A stretch of DNA of 64,000 nt from Octopus sinensis (Eukaryota): contig NW_021832281.1 of the NCBI RefSeq assembly GCF_006345805.1, forward strand, positions 68,853 through 132,852, in the 5' to 3' direction. A program made the translations under genes and the position numbers. Below are positions 11,491-22,277 of the stretch, one piece after another; position 1 is the first letter of the stretch, and every line of letters starts with the position of its first letter. The notes below the pieces were generated by a model. It saw only the letters and a list, made by a program, of their open reading frames with translations, was not told the DNA's origin and searched no databases.

Positions 11491-13044
11491 GTCTTGATGT
11501 TTACGAAAGATGTAAGCATATTAATTTTACAATATCAGTATATCAATATTTCATACAGTTAATATGGTTATTTCAATATTATCTCAATATATATATATAT
11601 ATATATATTTGGGGTACTTAGGTCTGCTCAGGACTTAGTGCTTGCTTTTTCCATGGGTATCAGTAAGTATTTCATTTATGTCTTACGTATTTATCGCTGA
11701 CGAGGAGAAAATTCTTACGAATTAACTCTGAAATTGGGACCAATATGGTAATAACGGATTTTTTAGAAATTTCTATCGGCTTGTTTCAAGACGCATATAT
11801 GGCATTAGAATTTTTCTTTTGCCCTTATTTTATAAGTTATATATATATATATATATATTACATGGTTTCGAGTTCAGTCCCACTGCGTGACACTTTGGGT
11901 AGGTGTCTTCCACTATAGCCCCAAGCCGACCGGAGCTTTGTGATTGAATTCGGTAGGTAGAAGTTACTGCCGTGTGTGTGTGTGCGTATAGCTGCTCAGT
12001 GCCTCTCCGAAAGAGAGAGAGAGGGATATATATATATATATATACGTTTAAATATTTGTTGTGCAAGATTTTTTATTGGCTAAACTGGCAATATGACCAT
12101 TCCGAAATATAACATATATATATATGGGTAACACACACAATTTTTACAGTTGTCACCTACTCTTCCTCCTTCCTATTCTTTATATTTTTCCCTCCCCCCC
12201 TTTTCCCTTATTTCTAATAATCTCCCACACTTTCAGCTTTCTTGCTCCCACTCACTCTATCTTTATCTTTCCAGCTTCACTCCCTCCTGGGCCACTCCCT
12301 TTTACCTTCTCATCTGTAACGCAAGGAGACATGTAGCTCCTCTCCAGCAACAAGCCTGTTCTATTCCGCCCTCTCCACCTACTCTCACACCCAAAACCCT
12401 CATCCCTTGACATAATGCCTCCTCCCTGCTTTCTCCTGTAGCGCTCCCTACTCAGCCAAATAAAACCCTAGGATTGCAGGCTACACTGTGACATCACTAG
12501 CACTGATGCATCATCATTCAATATCCCTTTTCAATGCTGGCATATGTTGGATGGTTTGACAAGGGTCGCACCAGGCCCTGATTGTCTGTTTTCCCAGGGT
12601 TCCTTTGCCGGGATGTCCTACGTAATGCCAACCACTTGACAGAGTGTACTGCTGGGTGCTTTTAATGCGGTACCAGTACCAGGAAAGTGGTTGGTGCTAG
12701 GAAAGGCATCAAGCTATAGAAAACACGCTAAAGCAGACACTGGAGCACGATGCTCCCTTCATAGGATCTTGTCAAACCGTGCAACCCATGTCCACCCACA
12801 TAGAACGTGGGCATTAAATGATGAGACTCTTTTTCTCTCTCTTTTTACTCTTTTACTTGTTTCAGTCATTTGACTGCGGCCATGCTGGAGCACCGCCTTT
12901 AGTCGAGCAAATCGACCCCGGGACTTATTCTTTGTAAGCCCAGTACTTATTCTATCGGTCTCTTTTGCCGAACAGCTAAGTGACGGGGACGTAAACACAC
13001 CAGCATCGGTTGTCAAGCAATGCTAGGGGGACAAACAGAGACAT

Positions 13045-13085
<41 letters not shown>

Positions 13086-13906
13086 CGACAGGCTTCTTTC
13101 ACTTTCCATTTACCAAATCCACTCACAAGGCATTGGTCGGCCCGAGGCTATAGCAGAAGACACTTGCCCAAGATGCCACGCAGTGGGACTGAACCCGGAA
13201 CCATGTGTTTGGTTAGCAAGCTACTTACCACACAGCCACTCCTGCGCCAATCATCATCATCTAATGTCTGTTTTCCATGCTGGCATCATCATCATCATCA
13301 TTTATCGTCCGCTTTCCATGCTAGCATGGGTTGGACGATTTTGACTGAGGGCTGGCGAGCCAGATGGCTGCACCAGGCTCCAATCTTGATCTGGCAGAGT
13401 TTCTACAGCTGGATGCTCTTCTTAACGCCAACCACCCCGAGAGTGTAGTGGGTGCTTTTTACATGCTACCAGCACAGGGGCCAGTCAGACGGCACTGGCA
13501 ATGACCTCGCTCGAATGTTTTTACACATGCCACCAGCACAGGTGCTAGTAAGGCGATGTTGGTAACGATCACACTCGAATGGTACTCTTTTACATGCCAC
13601 GGGTATGGAAGCCAGTTGGTTGCTCTGGCAATGATCAGGCTCAGGTAGTGCTCTTGGCACCCTACTAGCACAGGCTTAAGTGCCAGTAAGGCAACGCTGC
13701 TAACAATCATACTCGAATAGCCGCTCTGTCAACGATCACACTCGTATGGTGCTCTATGCACCCCACTAGCACAGATGCCAGTCATCGAATTGAATTTGAT
13801 TTTGATTTCACTTGTCTCAACAGGTCTTCGCAAGCAGAGTTTAGTGACCAAAGAAGGAAAAGGTATGCATAAGCGGGCTGGTTACGCTCCTGGCATAGGC
13901 CACAGG

Positions 13907-14448
13907 TTGTCAAATCGCCTTACCACGAAGAGTGTGTTCTCAAGAATGATCTCAGCAAAAGCACCAGAATGTATAAAATAAGCAAGACAAATGAAAATAT
14001 ACAAAATAAAACGATTACCTATGTATCATGATTTCATTGTTAACAGGTCTGCTCAGGACTTAGTGCTTGCTTTTTCCATGGGTATGAGTAAGTATTTCAT
14101 TTATGTCTTACGTATTTATCGCTGACGAGGAGAAAATTCTTATGAATTAACTCTGAAATTGGGACCAATATAGTAATAACGAATTTTTTAAAAATTTCTA
14201 TTGGCTTGTTTCAAGATGCATATTTAGCATTAGAATAATGCAAAATGCAAATGTCTGCAACTCTTCAGTGTAGTCTGTCACAGAAGAGTTGCAGATATTT
14301 GCCTTTTGCAAGTGTTAACAACGAAATCATGATACATAGGTAATCGTTTTATTTTGTATATTTCCATCTGTCTTGCTTATTTTTACATTCTGGTGCTTTT
14401 GCTGAGATCATTCTTGAGAACACACTCTTCGTGGTAAGGCGATTTGAT
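13907..14448. repeat. Foldback/palindromic element with about 140-bp outer arms, a 27-bp apex hairpin and a 195-bp insert
   Basis: 13907-14045 is the reverse complement of about 14310-14448; 14240-14266 pairs with 14283-14309. Confidence 0.85.
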
Positions 14449-14589
14449 GTCTATCTCTAGCATATTAGGAATCTACTTTAGTGGTCATTCCTCTTGTTAA
14501 TTGTAATATAATTTTTAAATATTTGGATTTTTTAAAATGTGCTAGACCACTGGTTTAAATTGATGTTGATTGATAGCAATTTCTAGCCC

Positions 14590-15610
14590 CATTACTTAAT
14601 TTACATATAGACATAGACAAACATCGATAGACATTGACAAAGATAAAGAGATAGACACTGACAGAGACAGACATTGAGATAGATATAGAGACAGAAATAG
14701 ACACAGGCAAGGATAGACAATGAGATAGACACAGACATGGATAGACATAGAGACAGAGATAGACACAGAGATAGACATAGAGACAGAGATAGACACAGAC
14801 AGAGACAGACATTGACAGAGATAGACATAGAGACAGAGATAGACACAGACAGAGATAGACATTGAGATAGATATAGACACAGGCAAGGATAGACACAGAG
14901 ACAGACATAGAGACAGAGATAGACATTGACAGACAATGAGATAGACACAGAGACAGACATTGACAGAGATAGACACAGACATTGACAGACAATGAGATAG
15001 ACACACACATGGATAGACAGAGACAGACATTGACAGAGATAGACAATGAGATAGACATAGAGACAGACAATGAGATAGACACAGAGACAGACATTGACAG
15101 AGATAGACATAGAGACAGAGATAGACACAGACAGAGACAGACAATGAGATAGACACAGACATGGATAGACACAGAGACAGACATTGACAGAGATAGACAC
15201 AGACAGAGACAGACATTGACAGACAATGAGATAGAGACAGAGACAGACATTGACAATGAGATAGACAGACAATGAGATAGACACAGAGACAGACATTGAC
15301 AGAGATAGACACAGACAGGGATAGACAGACATTGACAGAGATAGACACAGATAGATAGAGAATGAGACAGACAGATAGACATAGATATAGAGATAGATAT
15401 AGACAGAGATAGACAAAGTGATAGACATTGACAGAGAGACACAGACAAAGATAGACAGATAAACAGAGATAGACACAGACAGATAGACGATAGAGATAGA
15501 CAAAGATAGATAGAGATACATATAGACATAGATAGGTATAGACATATAGAGATAGAGACAGACAGACAGAGATAGATAGATAGATAGATAGATAGACATT
15601 TAGATAGACA
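14590..15610. repeat. Compound GACA/GATA/GAGA micro/minisatellite
   Basis: Recurrent AGACAGAGATAGACAC and AGACATTGAC units over about 1 kb. Confidence 0.9.
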
Positions 15611-15673
15611 GTTTCCAATATGCATACGTAGATATTTAGAAAGAGAATGTGAAACAAGGAGGTTCAAACTCAC

Positions 15674-15845
15674 GTCTGTCTAGCAGCTTCGATGCCATCA
15701 TGGGGCCGACTTTCTTCAGCATCAGATAGACCAAATATCTGTTGGTCTCCGACGAGAACTTCACGTTCTCTTCTTGGCACATTCTCTGCAGATCCAAAAT
15801 CCCCGACAGGCAGGGCACCTGCACGTCGTCTTCCTGGCGATGCAT
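15674..15845 (-). CDS. SUV39H: SUV39H-family H3K9 methyltransferase, coding exon 1 (MHRQEDDVQVPCLSGILDLQRMCQEE...KLLDR)
   Basis: ATG at 15845 has A at -3 and an in-frame upstream TAA (15932-15930). VPCL..L..LQ..C..E resembles the SUV39H2 N-terminus (VPCLVSLDTLQELCRKE). GTGAG donor at 15673. The phase-1 end (C) joins the next exon's TG to give CTG with the frame kept open. Confidence 0.85.
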
Positions 15846-15885
15846 TCTCGCCTCCACAACTCTTCCCTTTTCTTGTTTTTCAGGA

Positions 15886-15921
<36 letters not shown>

Positions 15922-16175
15922 TGTTGAATTTAATTAATTGCTAGATTAAGTGAGGGCCGCAAGGGCCCAAACCCGTCAGGTTTTTATATACCAACCTATT
16001 CAAAACATGTATATATACATACACACACGGATGTATTTCTATGTACGAATGTATATATGTGTGTATATACGTGTAGGAATGTATTTACTAATGCGTGTTT
16101 GTGAGTGTATATATATATGAATACTTATGTGTATGTATGTATAAATATGTTGAGACGGAGGTTCTTGTTTCGGTG

Positions 16176-16184
16176 ACTTCCGGT
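16176..16184 (-). promoter_or_regulatory. ETS/GABP-type motif ACCGGAAGT about 330 bp upstream of the SUV39H ATG
   Basis: Exact CCGGAAGT core in a small CpG-containing patch; a single motif only. Confidence 0.3.
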
Positions 16185-16869
16185 GAGGTCTGGAATCGAA
16201 CTCGAAACGTAGATGATGGCAAAACACCGATATTAACAACAGCAGCAATAGTAGTGGTGGTAAAAACTAATACTAATTACTACTACTACTACTAATAGTA
16301 ATTATAGTAATGATGATAAGACTAATGGTGGTTGTTGTTGCTGTTGTTGTTGTCCCTGGTGGTGTGTGTGTAGACTCCTCGTGGTGTTTTTGGCCTTTGT
16401 GAAGAAAAACGGTTTTTTGGTCTCGCGATCAGGTCTGGGATTACGTCTGATGACGACGATGATAATGATGACGACGACGATTGATGATGATGACGATGGT
16501 GATGGTGATGACGATGGTGATGATGACGATGATGATGACGACGATTGGTGTTAAGTGTTAAGTGATGACGACGGTGGTGGTGGTGGTGGTTAAACGAAAA
16601 GCCTGGGACATTCGAGGTCAATTAAGGGCGGCAAAAAGAACACAGTGCTCGTTCTACTTAATTAATTAATTATTTAATTAATTAACTAATTAATTGACAA
16701 CGTTGATGAATGACGAAGAAGAAGAAAGACAACGGATGATGTCCAAAGATGGTGATGTGTTTTTCTCTCTCTCTCTGATTAAAAGGATTTGGGTTTCGAT
16801 TCCGCTGGGGGCCAAATTAACGTGGGTTTCAACACCGGGAGGGGTCGTGTTGGGTCGGTGTTCGACTAT

Positions 16870-17296
16870 GTGACTCGGTGGACTTAGACACTCGCTTCTG
16901 TGAGTGTATATGTATCTGTATGCCTCGCTGGACGAGAACTCCCGTTTACAAGAGTCCCTATGTGCCTCGGTGGACGTAGACATGCGATTATGTGTCTGTA
17001 CATCTGTGTAACTCGATGGACTTAAAAACCCGCTTGTTTGTATATTTCTGTGCCTCGGTGGACTTAGGCGCCTTCTTGTGTCTCAGCGAACTTAGGTGTT
17101 TGTGTATCTGTGTGCCTCGGTGGACGTAGACACCAGCTCATATATATGTGTAGTGCCTCGATGGACGTAGACACCCGCTTGTAAGTGTGTACGTGCCTCG
17201 GTGGACGTAGACATCCGCTTTTTAGTGTCTGTTTATCTGTCTCGGTGATCTCGGCCACTCGCTTATATACATGTACGCCTCGATAGACGTAGACAC
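16870..17296. repeat. Degenerate minisatellite: 11 copies of GTGCCTCGGTGGACGTAGACAC, mostly 40-50 bp apart
   Basis: Copies start near 16870, 16920, 16962, 17008, 17050, 17078, 17112, 17153, 17193, 17238, 17275. Confidence 0.8.
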
Positions 17297-17882
17297 TTCC
17301 TAGATATGTGCTACACACAACAGCAATATCCGCGTAATTAACAATCCGTGGTGTTTGGGGAGGGAGAACAAAAAGTCAATTTAAGAGGCAATTAGGTCCG
17401 GTTTGGTTAATTAAGATGCGAACAAAATTGTGATGTTGGACACGGCGATGGTCCTTTATTATTATTATTATTGTTGTTGTTGTGGGTTGTTATGTTATTG
17501 TCCCCTCTTATTTCCCCGAATGACTGGTATCGCTATTGTTGTATAGTGCAGAAGAGGGGGACAGGTAAAACACTCGGAAAGAATAGGAAACTGACACGCG
17601 GCTGGTGTTAATATGTGTGTATATATATATATGTGTGTATGAATGTGTATGTATATATATCTCTAGATATGTGTGTGTATATATATATATATGTATGTAT
17701 ATCTCTAGATATGTGTGTGACTATGTATATAACAATAGTTATGTGTGACTGTAAGTATGTATATAACTATAGATATCTGTGAATGTATATATATATATAT
17801 ATATATATCTAGATATGTGTGTGACTATGTATATAACAATAGTTATGTATGTATGTATGTATATAACTATAGATACGTGTGA

Positions 17883-17918
<36 letters not shown>

Positions 17919-18529
17919 ATAGATATGTGTGTGCCAGTAAAAAGTCTATATATCCTCCGTGCGTGTGTATATATTTATATCCTCCATGTGTCCGTGTACA
18001 TTTCTATAGATCCTCCATGTTGTGGCCGTGGCTCCGTGTAATATGATGATCCGAGATCGAATTTCAGGGTAACTGCGAGGAGAGAAAGAAAAGAGAAAAA
18101 AATATATAAGATTTCGTTGTTTTTTTCTGAGTAACATAAAAGACAATATACGTGTGTCAGTGTGTCCCGAGGTGGGATTTCCTAATCAATATTATTATTA
18201 TTATTATTAATATGGTCTGCTTTGTTTGCTGGTTCTAATGCTGATAGCCTTTGTCAAGTCTTTCACAGAGCCATTATACATACATATATATATGTATATA
18301 TATATGTATGTATATATATATATATATATATGTGTGTGTATGTATGTATATATATATATATGTTGAGCAAAATTTAGATTCAGATGAATATGGTACTTAA
18401 GTCAAAGGCACCAGAATTTTGTATGGTATTGTCCATATAAATCCACGAATATATATATATATATGTATATACAAGCGTGTATATATCTATATACATATGT
18501 CTTTATGTATGTGTGTTTCCACGTATATA

Positions 18530-18560
<31 letters not shown>

Positions 18561-18776
18561 GTGTGTGTGTGTGGAATGCATGTGTACATTAATATATACA
18601 TGTGTATGCGTGTTTGCATATATATATATATATATATTTGCGTGTTTATGAATGTGTGTATATATCCATATACATATGTATTTATATATGTGTATATCTA
18701 CGTATATATGTGTATATATGTATATATAAATTACTGACCGGCTGTATCTTGTCTCTTCTCCACAACGAAAATGAAG

Positions 18777-18824
<48 letters not shown>

Positions 18825-19199
18825 ATATATATACACGCACCAAAGCAATGTCCTGTCCTGTGATGTATTCTCTTTCTCCAACTATTTCTTGGTGTGGTGG
18901 CCCGGCTCTCATTCACATCCTAACATAGAAATATATATACATACATATACATATATATATATATCCTTACATCTATATACATACATGCATATATATATAT
19001 GTGTATATATATCTACACAGCTAAATATATATATATGTATGTATGTATATGTGCAGTACTAGGGGTTCGGTTCCACACGAAATCGCACAGTCGCAAGTGG
19101 GAAGCCGGCCGGCGTCAGTGGCTGCGTAAGGGCGCCTGGCTGTGAGTGCTTCTTCGGCAGGGATCGAACTGGCGCCGTCAGCTTGGCAGGAAGCTGTTG

Positions 19200-19360
19200 G
19201 ACACATTCAAATAGTTCGCGGCCATACGCTTCTGCCAACTCGATCCTCATTGGTCGAGACGAAACGCACGTGACCAGCAGTAGGCGGGAGAAAAGAAAAA
19301 AAGTGGTTCTTCCTTCAATGTGACAAGGGGGAGATCACTCTCACTTTCTCGCGCGCTCTT
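19200..19360 (-). promoter_or_regulatory. Candidate SUV39H promoter: CCAAT, CDE/CHR-like, E-box and E2F-like sites in a CpG-rich patch
   Basis: Minus strand: CCAAT (19253-19249), CCGCGA-acta-TTTGAA (19221-19206). CACGTG (19267-19272), GGCGGGAGAAA (19283-19293), TTTCTCGCGC (19345-19354). CpG density is far above the flanks. Confidence 0.6.
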
Positions 19361-20362
19361 TTCCTTCTCCCCTCCCACTCCCTCTCCCTCTCCTACGTTA
19401 CATCTGCCCCGTTCTCTCACTGCCCCCCTCTCCGTCTCTCTTTTAATTCCTCTTCCCACTCCTCTATTTTAATTACTTTAGCACTCTATCCCTCCCTCCC
19501 TCTTAAGTTCCGATTGTTGTCTCTTACTATCCCTCTCCCCATTTCTCTCTCTCTCACTTTTATTACCTTTTCTTTCTTTCCCCCTCTCTTCACTAACCTT
19601 ACTCTTACATATCCCCTTACTCTAAACTCTCTACAACTCCCTTTTCCCTTCTACTCTCTCTATTACTCCGTCTTCCTCGTTTCCGCACTCCCTCCCTCCC
19701 TCTTATTCTTTTACTATATCTCTCCACCTTCCTCCTCCGTTTTAGTCCCGCTCTTTTTTTCCTCTAACTCTCACCCCTTCACTCAAGCTTACCCTCTTTG
19801 TCACTTTTTCTCCTTCTCTCTCTTTGCTTCCTTCCTCCCGCTTACGCTCTTCCACTCTTACCTTTTCCCTTACACACTCCCTCACTACCTCTCTATCCCT
19901 CGCCTTCTCTCCCTGCCACTCACTCTAACCTCTTACTCTTTCTCTCTCTCTCGGCGAGTGAGAGTCTTCCGGACAAAGCCGGGTTCACTTCCTTTACTTA
20001 CAAACACGACACGAATGCCAAACCGAGGCTGAAAAACGGTGTCGAAGGAAAATAGACTAACAATCAAAGTTGTTCCAGCCGCGACCACCCCTGTCTTTTA
20101 TTTCACACACAGTGTATCTAGGACTACGTGATCTAATCTGTCCTTCCTTGTTATTGATGTTTAGCCCCGAGTCAGTCCTGATCCAGCAGACTTATGATCA
20201 AAGACGTTCCAGCCGCGACCATCCCTGTCTTTTATTCACACAGAGTGTATCTAGGACTACGTGATCTAATGTGTCCTTCCTTGTTATTGATGTTTAGCCC
20301 CGAGTCAGTCCTGATCCAGCAGACTTATGATCAAAGACGTTCCGGCCGCGACCATCCCTGTC

Positions 20363-21209
20363 TTTTATTTACTAAATTCTTTGTTATATTTAAAGTAATT
20401 GAAAGAAACACAGAGCATCTCAACAGAAATATAATAACAAAAGGGTTAAGATATATAATAGAGAAACAATTCTTAACCCTTTTGATACCAACCTGGCTGA
20501 AACCACCTCTGGCTCTGTAGTACAAATGTCTTGTTTTCATAAGTTCTGGATTAAAATCTTCCACCAAACCTTAGTCACAATTTATGTTCTTAACACTAGC
20601 TGAATGATAACTAAGTTATTTTACTAAATTCTTTGTTATATTTAAAGTAATTGAAAGAAACACAGAGCATCTCAACAGAAATAAGGTAACAAAAGGGTTA
20701 AAATATATAATAGAGAAACAATTCTTAACCCTTTTGATACCAACCTGGCTGAAACCACCTCTGGCTCTGTAGTACAAATGTCTTGTTTTCATAAGTTTTG
20801 AATTAAAATCTTCCACCAAACCTTAGTCACAATTTATGTTCCTAACACTAGCTGAATGATAACTAAGTTATTTAACTAAATTCTTTGTTATATTTAAAGC
20901 AATTGAAAGAAACACAGAGCATCTCAACAGAAATATGGTAACAAAAGGGTTAAAATATATAATAGAGAAACAATTCTTAACCCTTTTGATACCAACCTGG
21001 CTGAAACCACCTCTGGCTCTGTAGTACAAATGTCTTGTTTTCATAAGTTTTGAATTAAAATCTTCCACCAAACCTTAGTCACAATTTATGTTCCTAACAC
21101 TAGCTGAATGATAACTAAGTTATTTAACTAAATTCTTTGTTATATTTAAAATTAATTGAAAGAAACACAGAGCATCTCAACAGAAGAAATATGGTGACAA
21201 AAGGGTTAA
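20363..21209. mobile_element. Tandem array (252-bp period) of a piggyBac-type MITE: 3 full copies + 1 partial
   Basis: TTAA|CCCTTTTGATACC...GGTAACAAAAGGG|TTAA at 20477-20697, 20729-20949 and 20981-21205, with an identical spacer between copies. Confidence 0.85.
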
Positions 21210-21210
21210 A

Positions 21211-21415
21211 GATGACCTAAGGTCTGGACGTCCTGCAACTGCCACCACCAAGGAGAACATAGATTGTGTTCACCATGTGGTGATGGATGAGAAACAGTTG
21301 ACTATAAATCAAACAGCCAATACTGTCAGCATGTCCTGTGTAGGAGTTGAGAATATTCTGCACAGTGAACTTGACATGATGAACGTTTCTGCTTGGTGGG
21401 TACCACGTCTTCTGA
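21211..21415 (+). mobile_element. Mariner transposase remnant, N-terminal part
   Basis: DDLRSGRPATATT...ILHSELDMMNVSAWWVPRLL matches the mariner D..RSGRP and WVP(H/R)(E/L)L motifs. Confidence 0.85.
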
Positions 21416-22104
21416 TTGTTGAGGACTTGAGAAAACAGGATGTGCAATGTAAGTGTGCATGAAGGACCTGTATAAATGTACTGAGAGAAAGATTGGTCAT
21501 AGGAGGGACCAGATGTTGTGTGCAAAAAAAATGTCCAAGCTGGTATGGACATGTGCTGTATATGGATGAGCACTGTTTTATAAAGAAGAACTGACCATTA
21601 AATGTGGCTGAAGCCTGTGGGATGACGTCAGCAGCTGGGTTCGTTGACCGGAAGCTGGGGCCACCGGAAGGGGCAGCCGTCAGGCATGCGCAGGCAGTGG
21701 TGAATTCGGCCATTCCAACGTGGGTCGTCGAGGTATCAAGACGTGTGAGGATGTTGCTAAGGTTTGGGTGAGCAGCTGCTATCTTTAATGTTCGTGTCGG
21801 GGCTGTGTCGAAAGATTAGTTACCACTGAAGGGTCTCCATCACGAGGAAGAGAAGGTAGGTGCCTTTATATTCGAATCTCACACACACCACAAAGCCTAT
21901 GGAGGAGGAAAACCCAGAAAGACATGGGATGAAATGGTGAAGGCTGATTATAGGATGCTGAGCTTCACAACAGACACGTGAGGCATTTGGACAAGGACTA
22001 CAGTATTTAAAAATGAACAAAGCATAGCTAACTATCCAAAGACTGATCATATTGTGGTAAAATCCAACATTCTTTGAGGCAAATCCAGCTGGTTTTCTTC
22101 AACA

Positions 22105-22250
22105 CTTCTTAACCCAGAGACAAAGAGACAAATTATGCAGTAGAAGCACCTGTCCTCACCTGCTCCAAAGAAGGCCAAGGTCGTTTCATCTGAAGGGAAG
22201 GTGACAGCCTGTGTTTTGGGATGCAAAAGGATTTTGTGTTTTTAGCGATG
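22105..22250 (+). mobile_element. Mariner transposase remnant, catalytic-domain part
   Basis: PETKRQIMQ*KHLSSPAPKKAKVVSSEGKV...FWDAKG matches mariner 'PETKRQSMQWKH..SP.PKKAK...SAGKVM..VFWD'; contains a stop codon and a frameshift. Confidence 0.8.
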
Positions 22251-22277
22251 GAAGGCAAGGTTTATGGTATCTCTACG

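Noticed and set aside
14555-15673. Three 330-370 aa ORFs on the minus strand (S/L/C/V/Y-rich)
   Set aside because: They are translations of a compound GACA/GATA microsatellite that lacks stop codons; they lie in SUV39H intron 1.
16870-17296. CRISPR-like repeat-spacer appearance
   Set aside because: Eukaryotic context, degenerate repeats, mutually related spacers of uneven length, and no cas genes. Kept only as a motif array.
19059-19250. 63-aa ORF (MRIELAEAYGRELFE...) at the promoter as a coding first exon
   Set aside because: No recognisable homology or splice donor; its ATG overlaps the CCAAT box, upstream of the expected TSS. A GC-rich patch explains the open frame.
15674-19360. Su(var)3-9/eIF2-gamma shared-exon arrangement known from holometabolous insects
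   Set aside because: No eIF2-gamma-like coding sequence was seen; SUV39H has its own ATG with an upstream in-frame stop.
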